From the NCBI GenBank assembly GCA_045613805.1, contig JAZLBS010000056.1:32438-96437 (forward strand): 64,000 nucleotides of DNA, in the 5' to 3' direction. Positions 27,900 through 37,459 of the stretch are shown piece after piece (the stretch's first letter is position 1; each line of letters opens with the position of its first letter). The notes beneath the pieces were generated by a model. That model saw only the letters and a program-made list of their open reading frames with translations, had not been told where the DNA came from and did not search any database. The stretch comes from Acutalibacteraceae bacterium (lineage in GTDB: Bacteria > Bacillota > Clostridia > Oscillospirales > Acutalibacteraceae). The position numbers and the translations under genes were made by a program.

Positions 27900-28307
27900 T
27901 TAATCATTACAATTAAAAAAGCATCTCACAAGGCAAGCTGTGGATGTCACTGCAAGGAAAAAGAAAAACAGGAGTGCACCTGTAATAACTGTACCGATTA
28001 AGCTCGTTGCAGCAAATTCAACAGCAAGCAAAACGACAGAAAGCAATACTGTTCCGACTATACCTGAAAGCAATGCCGTTACTATGCTGCAAAGATTTTC
28101 ACAGCAACGTCCGCGGAAAAGGGCAGCCGAAACAAGAACAGCAGCAAGATATACCACGGCAATACCGAGAACAACCCACAAAAAAGCGGGTGTAAGCGTT
28201 ATAACGGCAGTTATTCTGAGAAAAGCAGTAATTATACCGACAATAATACTGAATACCACAGCAATAACTGTACAACCGGGCTTGCAGCTTCCGCACGATG
28301 TTGACAT
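27900..28307 (-). CDS. Small (135 aa) four-TM membrane protein with Cys clusters at the N-terminus, the central loop and the C-terminus
   Basis: ORF with SD GGGAGGTG. MSTSCGSCKPGC.. / ..FRGRCCENLCS.. / ..CLVRCFFNCND. Confidence 0.55.
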   Translation of the reverse strand: MSTSCGSCKPGCTVIAVVFSIIVGIITAFLRITAVITLTPAFLWVVLGIAVVYLAAVLVSAALFRGRCCENLCSIVTALLSGIVGTVLLSVVLLAVEFAATSLIGTVITGALLFFFFLAVTSTACLVRCFFNCND

Positions 28308-28442
28308 AATAATTCACCTCCCACATTATTCTATGCGGAAGGCTGTCAGCGGTTACAGAGCAAATCAAAGCTCTGTGATGTGTAATTCTCTGCGATTATG
28401 CACAGCTCATATCAGATATACAGGAGGCAGACCACGGCAAGA

Positions 28443-28795
28443 GGCCTTTTTATCTGCGGTTCGTTCTCCCTGACAAATCACCGTACAAGGGTGTAGCCAT
28501 ACCAAAGCCTCCCGACACAGAGCTTGTAAAAGGCATAATTGAACTGGACAGTCACGGATATATTATTACCGACTCCGAACAAAAAACAAGCGTTGACGGA
28601 ATTTATGCCGCAGGTGATGTGTGCATAAAGCCGCTGCGTCAGGTTGTCACAGCCACGGGTGACGGTGCTTTAGCGGCTACCGAGCTTGAAAAGTATAACG
28701 TTATGAGTGTTCCCTGTCTTGTCATCAATGACGAGAAGGTATCCTTCGTCAAGAAAAATATAAATCAGGTTTTAGATTTAATCAGTCGGCAATAA
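28443..28795 (+). pseudogene. Decayed remnant: the 3' part of a thioredoxin-reductase-like gene fused in frame to the 3' end of a thioredoxin-fold gene
   Basis: Hand translation gives ..PDTELVKGIIELDSHGYIITDSEQKTSVDGIYAAGDVCIKPLRQVVTATGDGALAATELEKY (a TrxB-type C-terminus). It is joined directly to NVMSVPCLVINDEKVSFVKKNINQVLDLISRQ*, the C-terminus of a Thioredoxin_3/AhpF-N-like domain. There is no start codon and no N-terminal FAD/NADPH domains. Upstream, GLFICGS sits in another frame, which suggests a frameshift. Confidence 0.55.
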
Positions 28796-28833
28796 AACTG
28801 AGAATGAAAATTACTCTGAGCAGTAAACAAAAG

Positions 28834-28869
28834 AATCCGGACAGAGCATTTATACCCGTCCGGATTTTT
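28834..28869 (+). terminator. Rho-independent terminator
   Basis: AATCCGGAC (28834-28842) pairs with GTCCGGATT (28858-28866), followed by TTTT. Confidence 0.6.
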
Positions 28870-28930
28870 GCTGCTCCGTATCAGCTCAAATCATTTTTCT
28901 TAATTAACACGAAAGATTTCAGCCTCTGCA

Positions 28931-28959
28931 TTTACATCAGTGCTTCTATATGATAATAT
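28931..28959 (+). promoter_or_regulatory. Sigma-A type promoter for the GH43 gene
   Basis: TTTACA-17 nt-TAATAT with a TG extension (TGaTAATAT), about 33 nt upstream of the ATG at 28992. Confidence 0.5.
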
Positions 28960-28991
28960 AAGCTTAACAAGAAAATCAAAGGAGTGTGCTT

Positions 28992-29852
28992 ATGAAAAAT
29001 AAAGACATAAATATCCGCGACCCTTTTATCCTCTGTGAAAACGGCAAGTATTACATGTACGGTACAAGAGCAAGAAATTTCGGCAGAAAAACTGCTGGCT
29101 TTGATGTTTATATTTCAACGGACCTGGAAAACTGGAGTGAACCGATTGAGTGCTTCAACTCAGAAAAACACTCTATGAACCACGAGGTTAACTGGGCTCC
29201 GGAGGTACATAAATACAAAGATGCGTACTATATGTTTGCCACCTTTACAAGAGAAAGCAATAATCTGAGAGGAACCTTTGTTTTAAAGGCAGACAATCCG
29301 CTGGGACCCTTTGCACCTCACAGCAAAGGTGTTGTTACACCTGAGGAGTGGGAATGTCTTGACGGCACCCTTTATCTCAACCGTGACGGAAAGCCCTACA
29401 TTGTTTTCTGCCACGAGCACACACAGATTATCGACGGAACAATCTGTTATGCACCCCTGAGCGATGATCTTACTCAGTCAATCGGCGAGGCAAAAACAAT
29501 GTTCAAGGCTTCATCTCCCTATTGGGCAGACAAAAGCAAAGACGAAAATGAACACAGAATAACTGACGGTCCCTTTATGTACCGCACAAAAACAGATGAA
29601 CTTTTAATGCTCTGGTCAACCTTCATCAAGGGCAAGTATGCCGAATGTGCCGTCAGATTCACTGACGGTGAGTTAGGCATGAGCTTTGAGCACCTTCCGC
29701 CCATTCTTGACGACGACGGCGGCCACGGTATGATTTTCAGAAGTGAGGACAAGCTCTATCTGACCTTCCATTCTCCGAACATAAAAAATTACGAAAGACC
29801 GTGTTTTACTGAAATCGAGGATAACGGATGTAATATTTCGGTCATAAAATAA
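28992..29852 (+). CDS. Glycoside hydrolase family 43-like protein (arabinofuranosidase/xylosidase type), cytoplasmic
   Basis: ..INIRDPFILCENGKYYMYGT.. and ..NWAPEVH.. are typical GH43 blades. The ATG at 28992 lies 7 nt after AAAGGAG; the track start at 28986 is a GTG. The usual EGP acid motif reads TDGP here. Confidence 0.65.
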   Translation: MKNKDINIRDPFILCENGKYYMYGTRARNFGRKTAGFDVYISTDLENWSEPIECFNSEKHSMNHEVNWAPEVHKYKDAYYMFATFTRESNNLRGTFVLKADNPLGPFAPHSKGVVTPEEWECLDGTLYLNRDGKPYIVFCHEHTQIIDGTICYAPLSDDLTQSIGEAKTMFKASSPYWADKSKDENEHRITDGPFMYRTKTDELLMLWSTFIKGKYAECAVRFTDGELGMSFEHLPPILDDDGGHGMIFRSEDKLYLTFHSPNIKNYERPCFTEIEDNGCNISVIK

Positions 29853-29963
29853 TTTCTCGTATGTTTATATCAAACGTATTTAATTTTTCAAAGGGATAAA
29901 GATGTTATTAAATTCATCGACAGCAATTCTTAAGAAATAAAATCTTATTTATCAACAAAAAAT

Positions 29964-30010
29964 CCCCTCCTATGACAGACAGCTTAATTCTATCATAGGA
30001 AGGGTTTTCT
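29964..30010. terminator. Bidirectional stem-loop between the convergent GH43 gene and the 611-aa gene
   Basis: CCTCCTATGA .. TCATAGGAAGG, an imperfect stem. It is preceded by AAAAAA and followed by GTTTTCTTT. Confidence 0.5.
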
Positions 30011-30065
30011 TTATCCGCTTTTTTGCGTATATACGCAAATACTCCCGGAGGTTTTAAAATACATG

Positions 30066-31901
30066 CTATTTTTTCAACAAAAGAAAGATTGCAAAGCCTG
30101 TATTAATTAACGCAACCAGTATATTCAGAAATGTCCACAAATCTTTTCTCGTTGAATTTGCCTTAAATGCCTGAACAAGTGCATTGATTACCAATGCTGC
30201 CATAATAATTACACACGCAATATTATAATCGGTAAAGAATGTAAATCTTAAAGCAACAGTTAAAGCGAAAATAATTGCAAGAGCAAAAGATGAGAACTTG
30301 TAAGAATAATATGATCCATAATCACCGCAATAACAAATCAGCTGAACAATCATTATCAGATTTGCTGCCAGGACAAATCCCAACGCAACTTCACTCCACA
30401 TAAACACGCTGAAAACAGGTGCCTTCACAGCAAAAAACGCTTCCACTAAAGAAAGTAATACCGTTGCTAAAGCATACAGTGCATATTTTCTCGTCTGATC
30501 ATAAACAGCACCAACACATAAAATCATCCATAATATATTAATAACAACCATCATTATCACAAGTAAGATTGCAAAAACTTCGACGGTTTGCTTTTCGCGA
30601 CACAGCTTACAGCTTCTCGTTTTTTCCTTTAAAAGCCAAGACGAATCAGATTTGACAGTTTTCCATTTACTCCAGTTATGTTCAAACTTTTCAATTTTCT
30701 TAACTGAAGTAATTGTGCTGCATTTATCGCATACGGTTATTAAATTTACAGACTTCATACACTTCGGCTTTTTCAAATAATGCTCTGTTGTTTTGGTATG
30801 ATCAGTGCATTTTTGATTAAGCAATAAATATTCTGTGTATACTTTGTCGCATTTTTTGCATTTGTATGAAATGCTTCCTTTTTCCATATAAGCTGACTTA
30901 TCACCTTTTTTCACAACAAGCTCACACCCGATGGGTGCTTTTGTCAGCTTTTGTCCTAAGGGCTCACAGTTTTTCTGGTGAGGAATTGCAAATCCGTAAT
31001 GAAATACTATTACAGAAATTGACAAAACTGCAAACACAGCAGCAATCCATGCAGAAGGTCTGTTAATGACATCGTTCCAAAAGCCCTCGTCAATATATAC
31101 TGCAGCTATAATAACAATTGATATTATCAAAACAAGAATTGCCAAAACCACAATCCAGTTTATTTTTTCCACTTTCAAGGAATATGTTTCACCGCCGCAG
31201 GCTTTACAGCTGTAATGATTATAACCGTTTTTCCAGAAAGTTGAATGTGTAAAAGAATAAACCTTAAAATTATGACTATCGTTTACAGGAATTTTTTCTT
31301 TTTCAACGTAATCGCACTTCTTGCATTGCTTTTCCAATATTCCTTCTTTTGTACAGGTAGGTTCCTTCTTTACTTTTTCTGTATATTTATGCTCTTTAAG
31401 AGGAAGAGTCTCTTTTTTTATATCTCCGCATACTTTACAGGTATATTCTGTTACCCCTTTTTTTGCACAGGTGGATTTTATATGGTCTGACTTCGAGTAT
31501 TTATGTTCAATAACAGGAATAACTTCCTCATAGCCTTCATTACAGTAGCGACATTTTTGATGAAGCAATCCTTCACTGACACATGAAGCCTCTGTTATGA
31601 CACGATCAGTATAACTGTGCGTGTGACTGCTCAGAAAATTGTTTCTTGCCACCAGAAAATATGTAACCGCGAGGACAACAATAATGAAAGTGACCACACC
31701 GGCTACAGCCCAGTTTTTCACTTTATCTTTACGGAGCGTTTCCAATTTTAAAGATGAACCTTTATAATTTTTTAAACTACTGAAATAAAGTTCACTGTCA
31801 GAAAATTTTTTGTGTTTTACAAGAACCATATTCCATACATTCCAAAGAATAAAGGATAATACTGCTGTAATCAAAAAACCTATTATGACAAATTTCAGCA
31901 T
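30066..31901 (-). CDS. Polytopic membrane protein (611 aa) with two loops of Cys/His mini-repeats; last gene of the TerY-P-type operon
   Basis: About 9-10 hydrophobic helices. Loop 1 carries four repeats of H-x-[YF]..[ST]-C-x2-[EKG]-G-x5-C-x2-C (for example EHKYSKSDHIKSTCAKKGVTEYTCKVCGD and EHKYTEKVKKEPTCTKEGILEKQCKKCDY). Loop 2 carries further CxxC pairs. SD GGGGGAG; starts 16 nt after the upstream stop. Confidence 0.75.
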   Translation of the reverse strand: MLKFVIIGFLITAVLSFILWNVWNMVLVKHKKFSDSELYFSSLKNYKGSSLKLETLRKDKVKNWAVAGVVTFIIVVLAVTYFLVARNNFLSSHTHSYTDRVITEASCVSEGLLHQKCRYCNEGYEEVIPVIEHKYSKSDHIKSTCAKKGVTEYTCKVCGDIKKETLPLKEHKYTEKVKKEPTCTKEGILEKQCKKCDYVEKEKIPVNDSHNFKVYSFTHSTFWKNGYNHYSCKACGGETYSLKVEKINWIVVLAILVLIISIVIIAAVYIDEGFWNDVINRPSAWIAAVFAVLSISVIVFHYGFAIPHQKNCEPLGQKLTKAPIGCELVVKKGDKSAYMEKGSISYKCKKCDKVYTEYLLLNQKCTDHTKTTEHYLKKPKCMKSVNLITVCDKCSTITSVKKIEKFEHNWSKWKTVKSDSSWLLKEKTRSCKLCREKQTVEVFAILLVIMMVVINILWMILCVGAVYDQTRKYALYALATVLLSLVEAFFAVKAPVFSVFMWSEVALGFVLAANLIMIVQLICYCGDYGSYYSYKFSSFALAIIFALTVALRFTFFTDYNIACVIIMAALVINALVQAFKANSTRKDLWTFLNILVALINTGFAIFLLLKK

Positions 31902-31917
31902 TTAATCTCCCCCGTTT

Positions 31918-33165
31918 TTATTTGTACTTTCTCCAATTAAATATGTTGATTTTCCGCCCTTTTTCATATGAATCTACAGCCATATCATAAATTGTCTTAT
32001 TTGTCAGCATCTCAATCTTTTCCTGACATTCAATCTTCCTTTGCTGTGAATCCTTGAAATCAGCCAGTCTTTCAAACATTTCAGACGCCTTTTTAAGTGC
32101 TGTGACATTGGCAGCCTTACTCATAAGCTCCATTGCTTCATCGTAAGAAACATTAACTCTTGCTTCCTGAAGCCTTTTTTTACAAACGGCAAATATATCC
32201 GAAAATTCTGCTGCCTGCACGTACTTCTCATAATCCTTAAGAAATTTTTCGAGCTCCTGTGCCAGTACCTTGTAATCCGATATATTCTCTGCAGCCGCAC
32301 ATCTTGCCCGTGCGTCTTTTAAATCACGCTCAAGCTCAACAGCCCACTTTTCCTTAAGACATTCATCTAAACTGACCTTTGTCTGCAAAATAACCTTTTT
32401 TGCCGCTTCACTTAAAGCGTCACGCTCAAGAGCAACGATTGTCCTGTAAATTTTTATTTTTTGTTCAAGATCGGCTTCTTCTGCACTGTGCTTATCCTTA
32501 AGAATTTTTTCTAATTGCTTTTCAGCTGTCAGTTTATCAATAAAATCCAGACAGATACCATAATTTTTCTTTGCATCATTGAAATCCAATATCTCTGAAA
32601 ATAATCCTGCGGCTTTTTTATAATCTTCAATGCAAGAAGCAGAAGAAAGCACCGCCTTTGCTGAAAAATATGTTTTCTTACTGTTACATAAATTCTTTTC
32701 CTGACGGCAGATTTTTATCTTCTCATCCGAATCCATAAATCCGACAATCTTTTTAAACTGATGCTCCGCCTCGGTATATTCCCGTTCGGCATCTGTCCAT
32801 TTTTTTGCAGCGTTATATGCTTCAGCCTTTTTAAGCTGCAAGAGAGCATCGTCGTATATTTTTTCATTGACAGAAATTTTTTCAGCACAAAACTGACATT
32901 CGTTATACTTACTGCGACCGTCCTTATAATTCAAGGCCTTGTTATAAAAATCACTCAGAATTAAATAATCTCTTGATGTAACAGCTTTACCATAAAATTG
33001 CTCGGCAAATTCATAAGAACATTCCGCGGCTGATTCCATATCTATATTTTCACCGCACATATTACATGCTCCTATTTCTTTGAAAAAGCTCTTAGCATCA
33101 CATAAATTTATTATATTATATAAATTTTTTGTGTCACAATTTTTACACAACCAGACAATTTCCAT
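31918..33165 (-). CDS. Zinc-ribbon plus helical-repeat protein (415 aa), unknown function
   Basis: The preferred start is the MEIVWLCKNCDTKN.. ATG at 33165, with a GAGGA 7-8 nt upstream and 4 nt after the kinase stop. N-terminal CxxC..CxxC. Recurrent TPR-like units end in [FL]-x-D-[SA]-x(5,7)-C (FMDSDEKIKIC, FNDAKKNYGIC, FKDSQQRKIEC). Confidence 0.6.
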   Translation of the reverse strand: MEIVWLCKNCDTKNLYNIINLCDAKSFFKEIGACNMCGENIDMESAAECSYEFAEQFYGKAVTSRDYLILSDFYNKALNYKDGRSKYNECQFCAEKISVNEKIYDDALLQLKKAEAYNAAKKWTDAEREYTEAEHQFKKIVGFMDSDEKIKICRQEKNLCNSKKTYFSAKAVLSSASCIEDYKKAAGLFSEILDFNDAKKNYGICLDFIDKLTAEKQLEKILKDKHSAEEADLEQKIKIYRTIVALERDALSEAAKKVILQTKVSLDECLKEKWAVELERDLKDARARCAAAENISDYKVLAQELEKFLKDYEKYVQAAEFSDIFAVCKKRLQEARVNVSYDEAMELMSKAANVTALKKASEMFERLADFKDSQQRKIECQEKIEMLTNKTIYDMAVDSYEKGRKINIFNWRKYK

Positions 33166-33169
33166 ATTG

Positions 33170-34297
33170 TTATCCTCGATTCTTTTCCGTAATGTACCGT
33201 TTGTGAAGTGCAACATCCGCACGAAGAGCTAATTTAGAGCCGTCTTTATAATCTATTTTAATGTTACCGTTTGATAAAACCTCAAAGCTTTCCGCATCCT
33301 CCGGAAAATTTTCTCCTTTTATGTATTTATTATTTTTAACAGATAACAGATTCCAACGTTTCTTCTCCGGCTTTTCTTCTTTATCAATTCTGATGTAAGA
33401 CTCCGCCTTATCCGGATCAATACTCCGGAGATATTCTACAATATCAGCCATTGACGGACGTTTATCAGGCTGTCTGTCAATCATTTTCAGCAACAATTTT
33501 TTCAACCATTGCGGAATTTTATCAGATACATCTACCTTTACACCTTCAAGAACGGCATTATAAAGATAATCCCCTTTTTGAGGCTTTTTAAAGGTGAAAT
33601 CCTCTCCTGACCAATATTTATGAAAAATAATTGCCATTGCGAAAACATCACTTTTAACAGTAAATTTGTAATCGCCGTAGTATCCTTTTTTTAATTTGTA
33701 TGATGCCATTTCGGGACTCATAAAAAAGTCAGTAACAAACAATTCCTCCGGAACCGGTATATCTTCTTCCAGATGAGCGGCATCAAAGTCAATCAGTGAA
33801 CAGGTCAAAACCCTTGATTTTGTAACCGTAACAGGAATATTTTCCGGCTTTATATCACAGTGAATAATTCCCTGAGAATGTAAGAAGCTCACGGAATTTG
33901 CTGCCGTTTTAAGAATCAGCAGTTTTTCCTTGTCGCTCAACCGTGCGACTTCATCAATTGATTTTTTCTCTATCTCTCTCCAAGGAGTCACCTGATAATA
34001 TCTGTTTTTATATAAAAAGAAATCAACAGGTGCGACAAAATTACCGCCTCCGTATTTTGCTATACGGGCATTGATGGTTTTTCTCTCTTTTTCAAAACGG
34101 TCACACAAATAATTTTTGCGATTGATTTCCTCAGCGCTTGGACTTTCATCAGGATCATCTCTTATAACAGGGCGAGCCGGACCATCGAATCTTTTCAGAA
34201 AAAAATACTCTTTATTTTTTTCTGCCTTCCAATAAACTGCGCTGGACGTAAGTACGTATTCTTCGTCTATAATTTTGTATGAATTAATTGTCCTCAT
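33170..34297 (-). CDS. Ser/Thr protein kinase (Hanks type), TerY-P triad component
   Basis: YFFLKRF (catalytic Lys region), HCDIKPENI (HRD-type catalytic loop), LIDFDAA (DFG-like), FMSPEMAS (APE-like). Overlaps the upstream phosphatase gene by 14 nt. Confidence 0.8.
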   Translation of the reverse strand: MRTINSYKIIDEEYVLTSSAVYWKAEKNKEYFFLKRFDGPARPVIRDDPDESPSAEEINRKNYLCDRFEKERKTINARIAKYGGGNFVAPVDFFLYKNRYYQVTPWREIEKKSIDEVARLSDKEKLLILKTAANSVSFLHSQGIIHCDIKPENIPVTVTKSRVLTCSLIDFDAAHLEEDIPVPEELFVTDFFMSPEMASYKLKKGYYGDYKFTVKSDVFAMAIIFHKYWSGEDFTFKKPQKGDYLYNAVLEGVKVDVSDKIPQWLKKLLLKMIDRQPDKRPSMADIVEYLRSIDPDKAESYIRIDKEEKPEKKRWNLLSVKNNKYIKGENFPEDAESFEVLSNGNIKIDYKDGSKLALRADVALHKRYITEKNRG

Positions 34298-36257
34298 ACA
34301 GATTTACTTCCTTTCTGAACAATACGCTACCGTGCACAGATAAACCTGAAAGATACTTTCCGTATTCTCTGTTGTAGCTTTCTGAAACAGCATTTCTTTG
34401 CTTAATAAGCTCCTTGAGCTGCTTTTGCAGACTGATATACCGCAGCAGCTCGGAAAATTCTTTTTGATGTAATCTTTCCTCCGGTATATATTCCTGAAAT
34501 CTGTCTTTGTAAAAAATCTCTTCAGCAATTTTTTCACAGAAGGCTGCAACAATTTTTTTATGAGCTGCATTTTTACAGTTCTGAACATATACATCAGTTA
34601 TCTGAGACTTAAGCTCCTCTATTTTTCCGTAGCAATCCAACATATTTTCGCAGATTACTTTAAAGCTTTTTTTTCTTTTTATTTTTAAAGGAGAAAAAAC
34701 ATGTATCCTTTTTAAAATCGCAAACCCATTACAGATGTCCTCGCGATAGAAGCGCTCAATTTCTTCATTCCGATAATCGAAATATTCATCGACTTTTTCT
34801 TTGTTCTTATGATATAGCTGACAGTCATTCTTCGCTTTTTCTATATTCGCGGTCAGTCGTTTTGTTATTTCAAAAATCTCATCCAGAACACCGCTGCTGC
34901 AATTTTTTTCTACAGAAAGGTGTTTTGTTTTCAAAGCGGCAAGATCACAATTTATTATTTCAGAATATTCAGAGAGAGTTTTCTTCTTTTCGTAATACTC
35001 TTTTGTAGCAGAAATTATTTCATCAGAAAATCTGACCGAACCATATTCGCAGCAAAGTTTTTTCAGAAACTCTATATATCTGTCTCTCAACACTGCTTCT
35101 TCACTGTTACACATATCCTGCTTTTCTTTGCGTTCACAATCTATCTTGTAATTTGCGTTTCTTATCTCCCGGCTTACTGTATCACAGTCCGTCAAATTCC
35201 GGAACAATGGATCAGCATACAAAATTTCCTCATCCTTATGATTTTCAAGATAATTCAGTATCTCATCTGTAACAAGACGGATAATATTATCCTTTTTTAT
35301 GTTAAGCTTATGCTTTGCTTCACACAGTTCTCTCTCGGTTTCTGTATATTGCTGCTTCAGTTCCATATATGGTCTGATGTAGTTTTTAATAAGCTCAGAC
35401 CCATATCTTTCTCTCAGCTCTGATTTCAGCTCATCATCAGCAGAAAAGCCGATTATAACCCCCGCCATACTGCAGTCGTCCCTTTTAGTGAAACCGATAT
35501 CATCCAGCCTACATCCGATTTCTTCAGAAAGAAGATGAGCTTTTTCCTCGCTTATATTATCAGATTTACCAAGCCATTCAATCAGATATCCTTCCTTCTC
35601 AAAGTTACTTATCGGATCAGTAAAGCCGTCTGTTGTAGCCAAAAGAACACCCCTTCGGCTAAGCTCATAGCATGAAAAAGCAATGTGAAAATCATCATCA
35701 GCAGAAATACAGTTAGCTACCTTACACTCCGCCATCGAAAGATTTTCGCTTTCTCCGTCTTCCGCAGACAGCTTAAACAAGCCATGCCTGTTCCACCACA
35801 AAATCTCGGAATCCCCGGCACACAGAACAGTTGCTTCTACCTTTGTTTTATAAATCTTATAAATCACTGCCGCAAAAGTGGTAGGCAAAAGTCTGAAGCT
35901 CTTACCGTGTACCGTAAGAACAAGATTATCTTTCCTGACGCGGTAAAGCAAATCTTTGCGGATGCTGTCTCCAAGCTCAGTCACAATTTTTCCGATACTG
36001 CCGGCATCACCAAAAGCATCAGTCAGTCTTTCATAATTTTTGTTCAGAAACCTTTCAGCTGCTTCAGATGTTGCTCTTGAGCCTAAATAAGCCGATGTGT
36101 AATTTTCTCCGTTTACTGCATGTTCTGTCATACCGGTTGCACCCATACCGTCACAAACAATCATAAAGCCTTGTTTATTTACAACAGGAGCATCTTCGCC
36201 TTTGTTGCTTATTCTTTTTTCTATTTTTGCACGGTCAACTGAAAAAAATATATTCAT
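34284..36257 (-). CDS. PP2C-family Ser/Thr phosphatase domain (about 270 aa) with a ~390-aa helical or coiled-coil C-terminal extension
   Basis: MIVCDGMGATG and ATTDGFTD are PP2C metal-binding motifs. The remainder is Lys/Glu-rich helical sequence. Confidence 0.75.
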   Translation of the reverse strand: MNIFFSVDRAKIEKRISNKGEDAPVVNKQGFMIVCDGMGATGMTEHAVNGENYTSAYLGSRATSEAAERFLNKNYERLTDAFGDAGSIGKIVTELGDSIRKDLLYRVRKDNLVLTVHGKSFRLLPTTFAAVIYKIYKTKVEATVLCAGDSEILWWNRHGLFKLSAEDGESENLSMAECKVANCISADDDFHIAFSCYELSRRGVLLATTDGFTDPISNFEKEGYLIEWLGKSDNISEEKAHLLSEEIGCRLDDIGFTKRDDCSMAGVIIGFSADDELKSELRERYGSELIKNYIRPYMELKQQYTETERELCEAKHKLNIKKDNIIRLVTDEILNYLENHKDEEILYADPLFRNLTDCDTVSREIRNANYKIDCERKEKQDMCNSEEAVLRDRYIEFLKKLCCEYGSVRFSDEIISATKEYYEKKKTLSEYSEIINCDLAALKTKHLSVEKNCSSGVLDEIFEITKRLTANIEKAKNDCQLYHKNKEKVDEYFDYRNEEIERFYREDICNGFAILKRIHVFSPLKIKRKKSFKVICENMLDCYGKIEELKSQITDVYVQNCKNAAHKKIVAAFCEKIAEEIFYKDRFQEYIPEERLHQKEFSELLRYISLQKQLKELIKQRNAVSESYNREYGKYLSGLSVHGSVLFRKEVNLYEDN

Positions 36258-36295
36258 AGCATTATTACCTCAAAAACAAACATATACTATCTGTT

Positions 36296-37051
36296 TCAGC
36301 GTAAGGTTTCACCAAGAGTTTTCATCAGACCTTCCGTTGAAATATCACTTCCGCCCTGTTCCGGCTTGATGTAGATAACACGGCAGTTATCAAAATCTCC
36401 TTCACCGAAATAATTCCACGGGTATACGCCTTCCGGAGCAAAAATAGCCATGCGCTTACTGTAGATGTCAGTATTTATATACACATTGCTTCGGTCTGAA
36501 TTTTCTTTGCCCCACCAATCCATCAGCTCTCGGTAATTTTTCGGCATACCGCTAGGATAATGCTGATCGGTTCCGTCTTTTGACTGTTCCAGCTTGTGTG
36601 CAGGTGCATCAGTGAACAAAACAATAATGTGGCGCTTTCTTATATTGCTGTCGAAGCTTTGACACCATTTACTTTTCATCGCAAGAGCCAATGCTTCCAG
36701 GCTGTTTTCCGGTATATCACCGCCACCATTTGCCGACAGAGAATTCACAAAATTATAAAAAGCTTCTGTTTCCTCAGGCAAATTAAAAAAACTTGATTCT
36801 TCAAATGCCTTATCGGCATCGCAATAAGCATCGCGGAATCCGATAACCTTTACTCTTAAACGACTTATATTGCGCTGATAACTCTTCAGCATTATTTCCT
36901 GCAGCTCCGAGTGTAAACTCCTCGCAGTTTCTTTGACTTTATTTATGATAGGTGTCATACTTTTTGTAATATCGATGCAATACACGATATCAACATAAGT
37001 ATCCATTACATCCAGGTTCTTACTGCCTAAAAAATCAAACTCTCCGCTCAT
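36296..37051 (-). CDS. von Willebrand factor A (vWA) domain protein, TerY-like
   Basis: MIDAS-type motif VYCIDITKSM (D-x-T-x-S), ..ANGGGDIPENSLEAL.., IIVLFTDAPAH. SD GGAGGA. Confidence 0.75.
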   Translation of the reverse strand: MSGEFDFLGSKNLDVMDTYVDIVYCIDITKSMTPIINKVKETARSLHSELQEIMLKSYQRNISRLRVKVIGFRDAYCDADKAFEESSFFNLPEETEAFYNFVNSLSANGGGDIPENSLEALALAMKSKWCQSFDSNIRKRHIIVLFTDAPAHKLEQSKDGTDQHYPSGMPKNYRELMDWWGKENSDRSNVYINTDIYSKRMAIFAPEGVYPWNYFGEGDFDNCRVIYIKPEQGGSDISTEGLMKTLGETLR

Positions 37052-37071
37052 TCTTTTTCCTCCAAAACATT

Positions 37072-37431
37072 TTACTGACCTATGCCGTTGTTACAGGATT
37101 CAACACTTTCAATAGATCCTTCGATAGGATCATCATTACCGCAATGAGCGCATATAGCAGTTTTTTTTGCTTTATCATGACATGTATAATTACCGCAAGC
37201 GCCACATCTAAAAAAAGATCTGTTCCCGCAGTGAGGGCATTTATATTGCGGTCCTAGTCTGATCGAACCGTAGTTAAATTGCATATTTTCTCCAAAAGAG
37301 CTTTCTCCCGGCGGAAGGGTTTTCACACCATAAGTCAGAACCCAACGGTCATCTGCCGCTAAATCATGACGAACATAAAAGGTCTCCCGATTTTCGGCGC
37401 ACTTAACCTTCAAAAAAAATAACGTTTTCAT
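37072..37431 (-). CDS. Small (119 aa) triple CxxCGN zinc-ribbon protein (TerY-C-like metal-binding module encoded as a separate gene)
   Basis: ..CPHCGNRSFFRCGACGNYTCHDKAKKTAICAHCGN.. First gene of the operon. SD AAGGAG. Confidence 0.65.
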   Translation of the reverse strand: MKTLFFLKVKCAENRETFYVRHDLAADDRWVLTYGVKTLPPGESSFGENMQFNYGSIRLGPQYKCPHCGNRSFFRCGACGNYTCHDKAKKTAICAHCGNDDPIEGSIESVESCNNGIGQ

Positions 37432-37459
37432 TCTTTTTCACTCCTTAAAATTTTAAATT

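Noticed and set aside
27268-28473. Plus-strand ORFs of 211 aa (27268-27903) and 177 aa (27940-28473)
   Set aside because: They are antisense to the PLC-like gene and the 135-aa membrane gene, both of which have good SDs. They have no motifs and an Arg/Thr/Ala-rich shadow composition.
34920-36080. Plus-strand ORFs of 167 aa and 131 aa opposite the PP2C gene. The same applies to 60216-61810 opposite the Hsp70-like gene and 57121-58129 opposite the AAA+ gene.
   Set aside because: They are antisense shadows of motif-bearing genes in AT-rich DNA, and no ribosome-binding sites are present.
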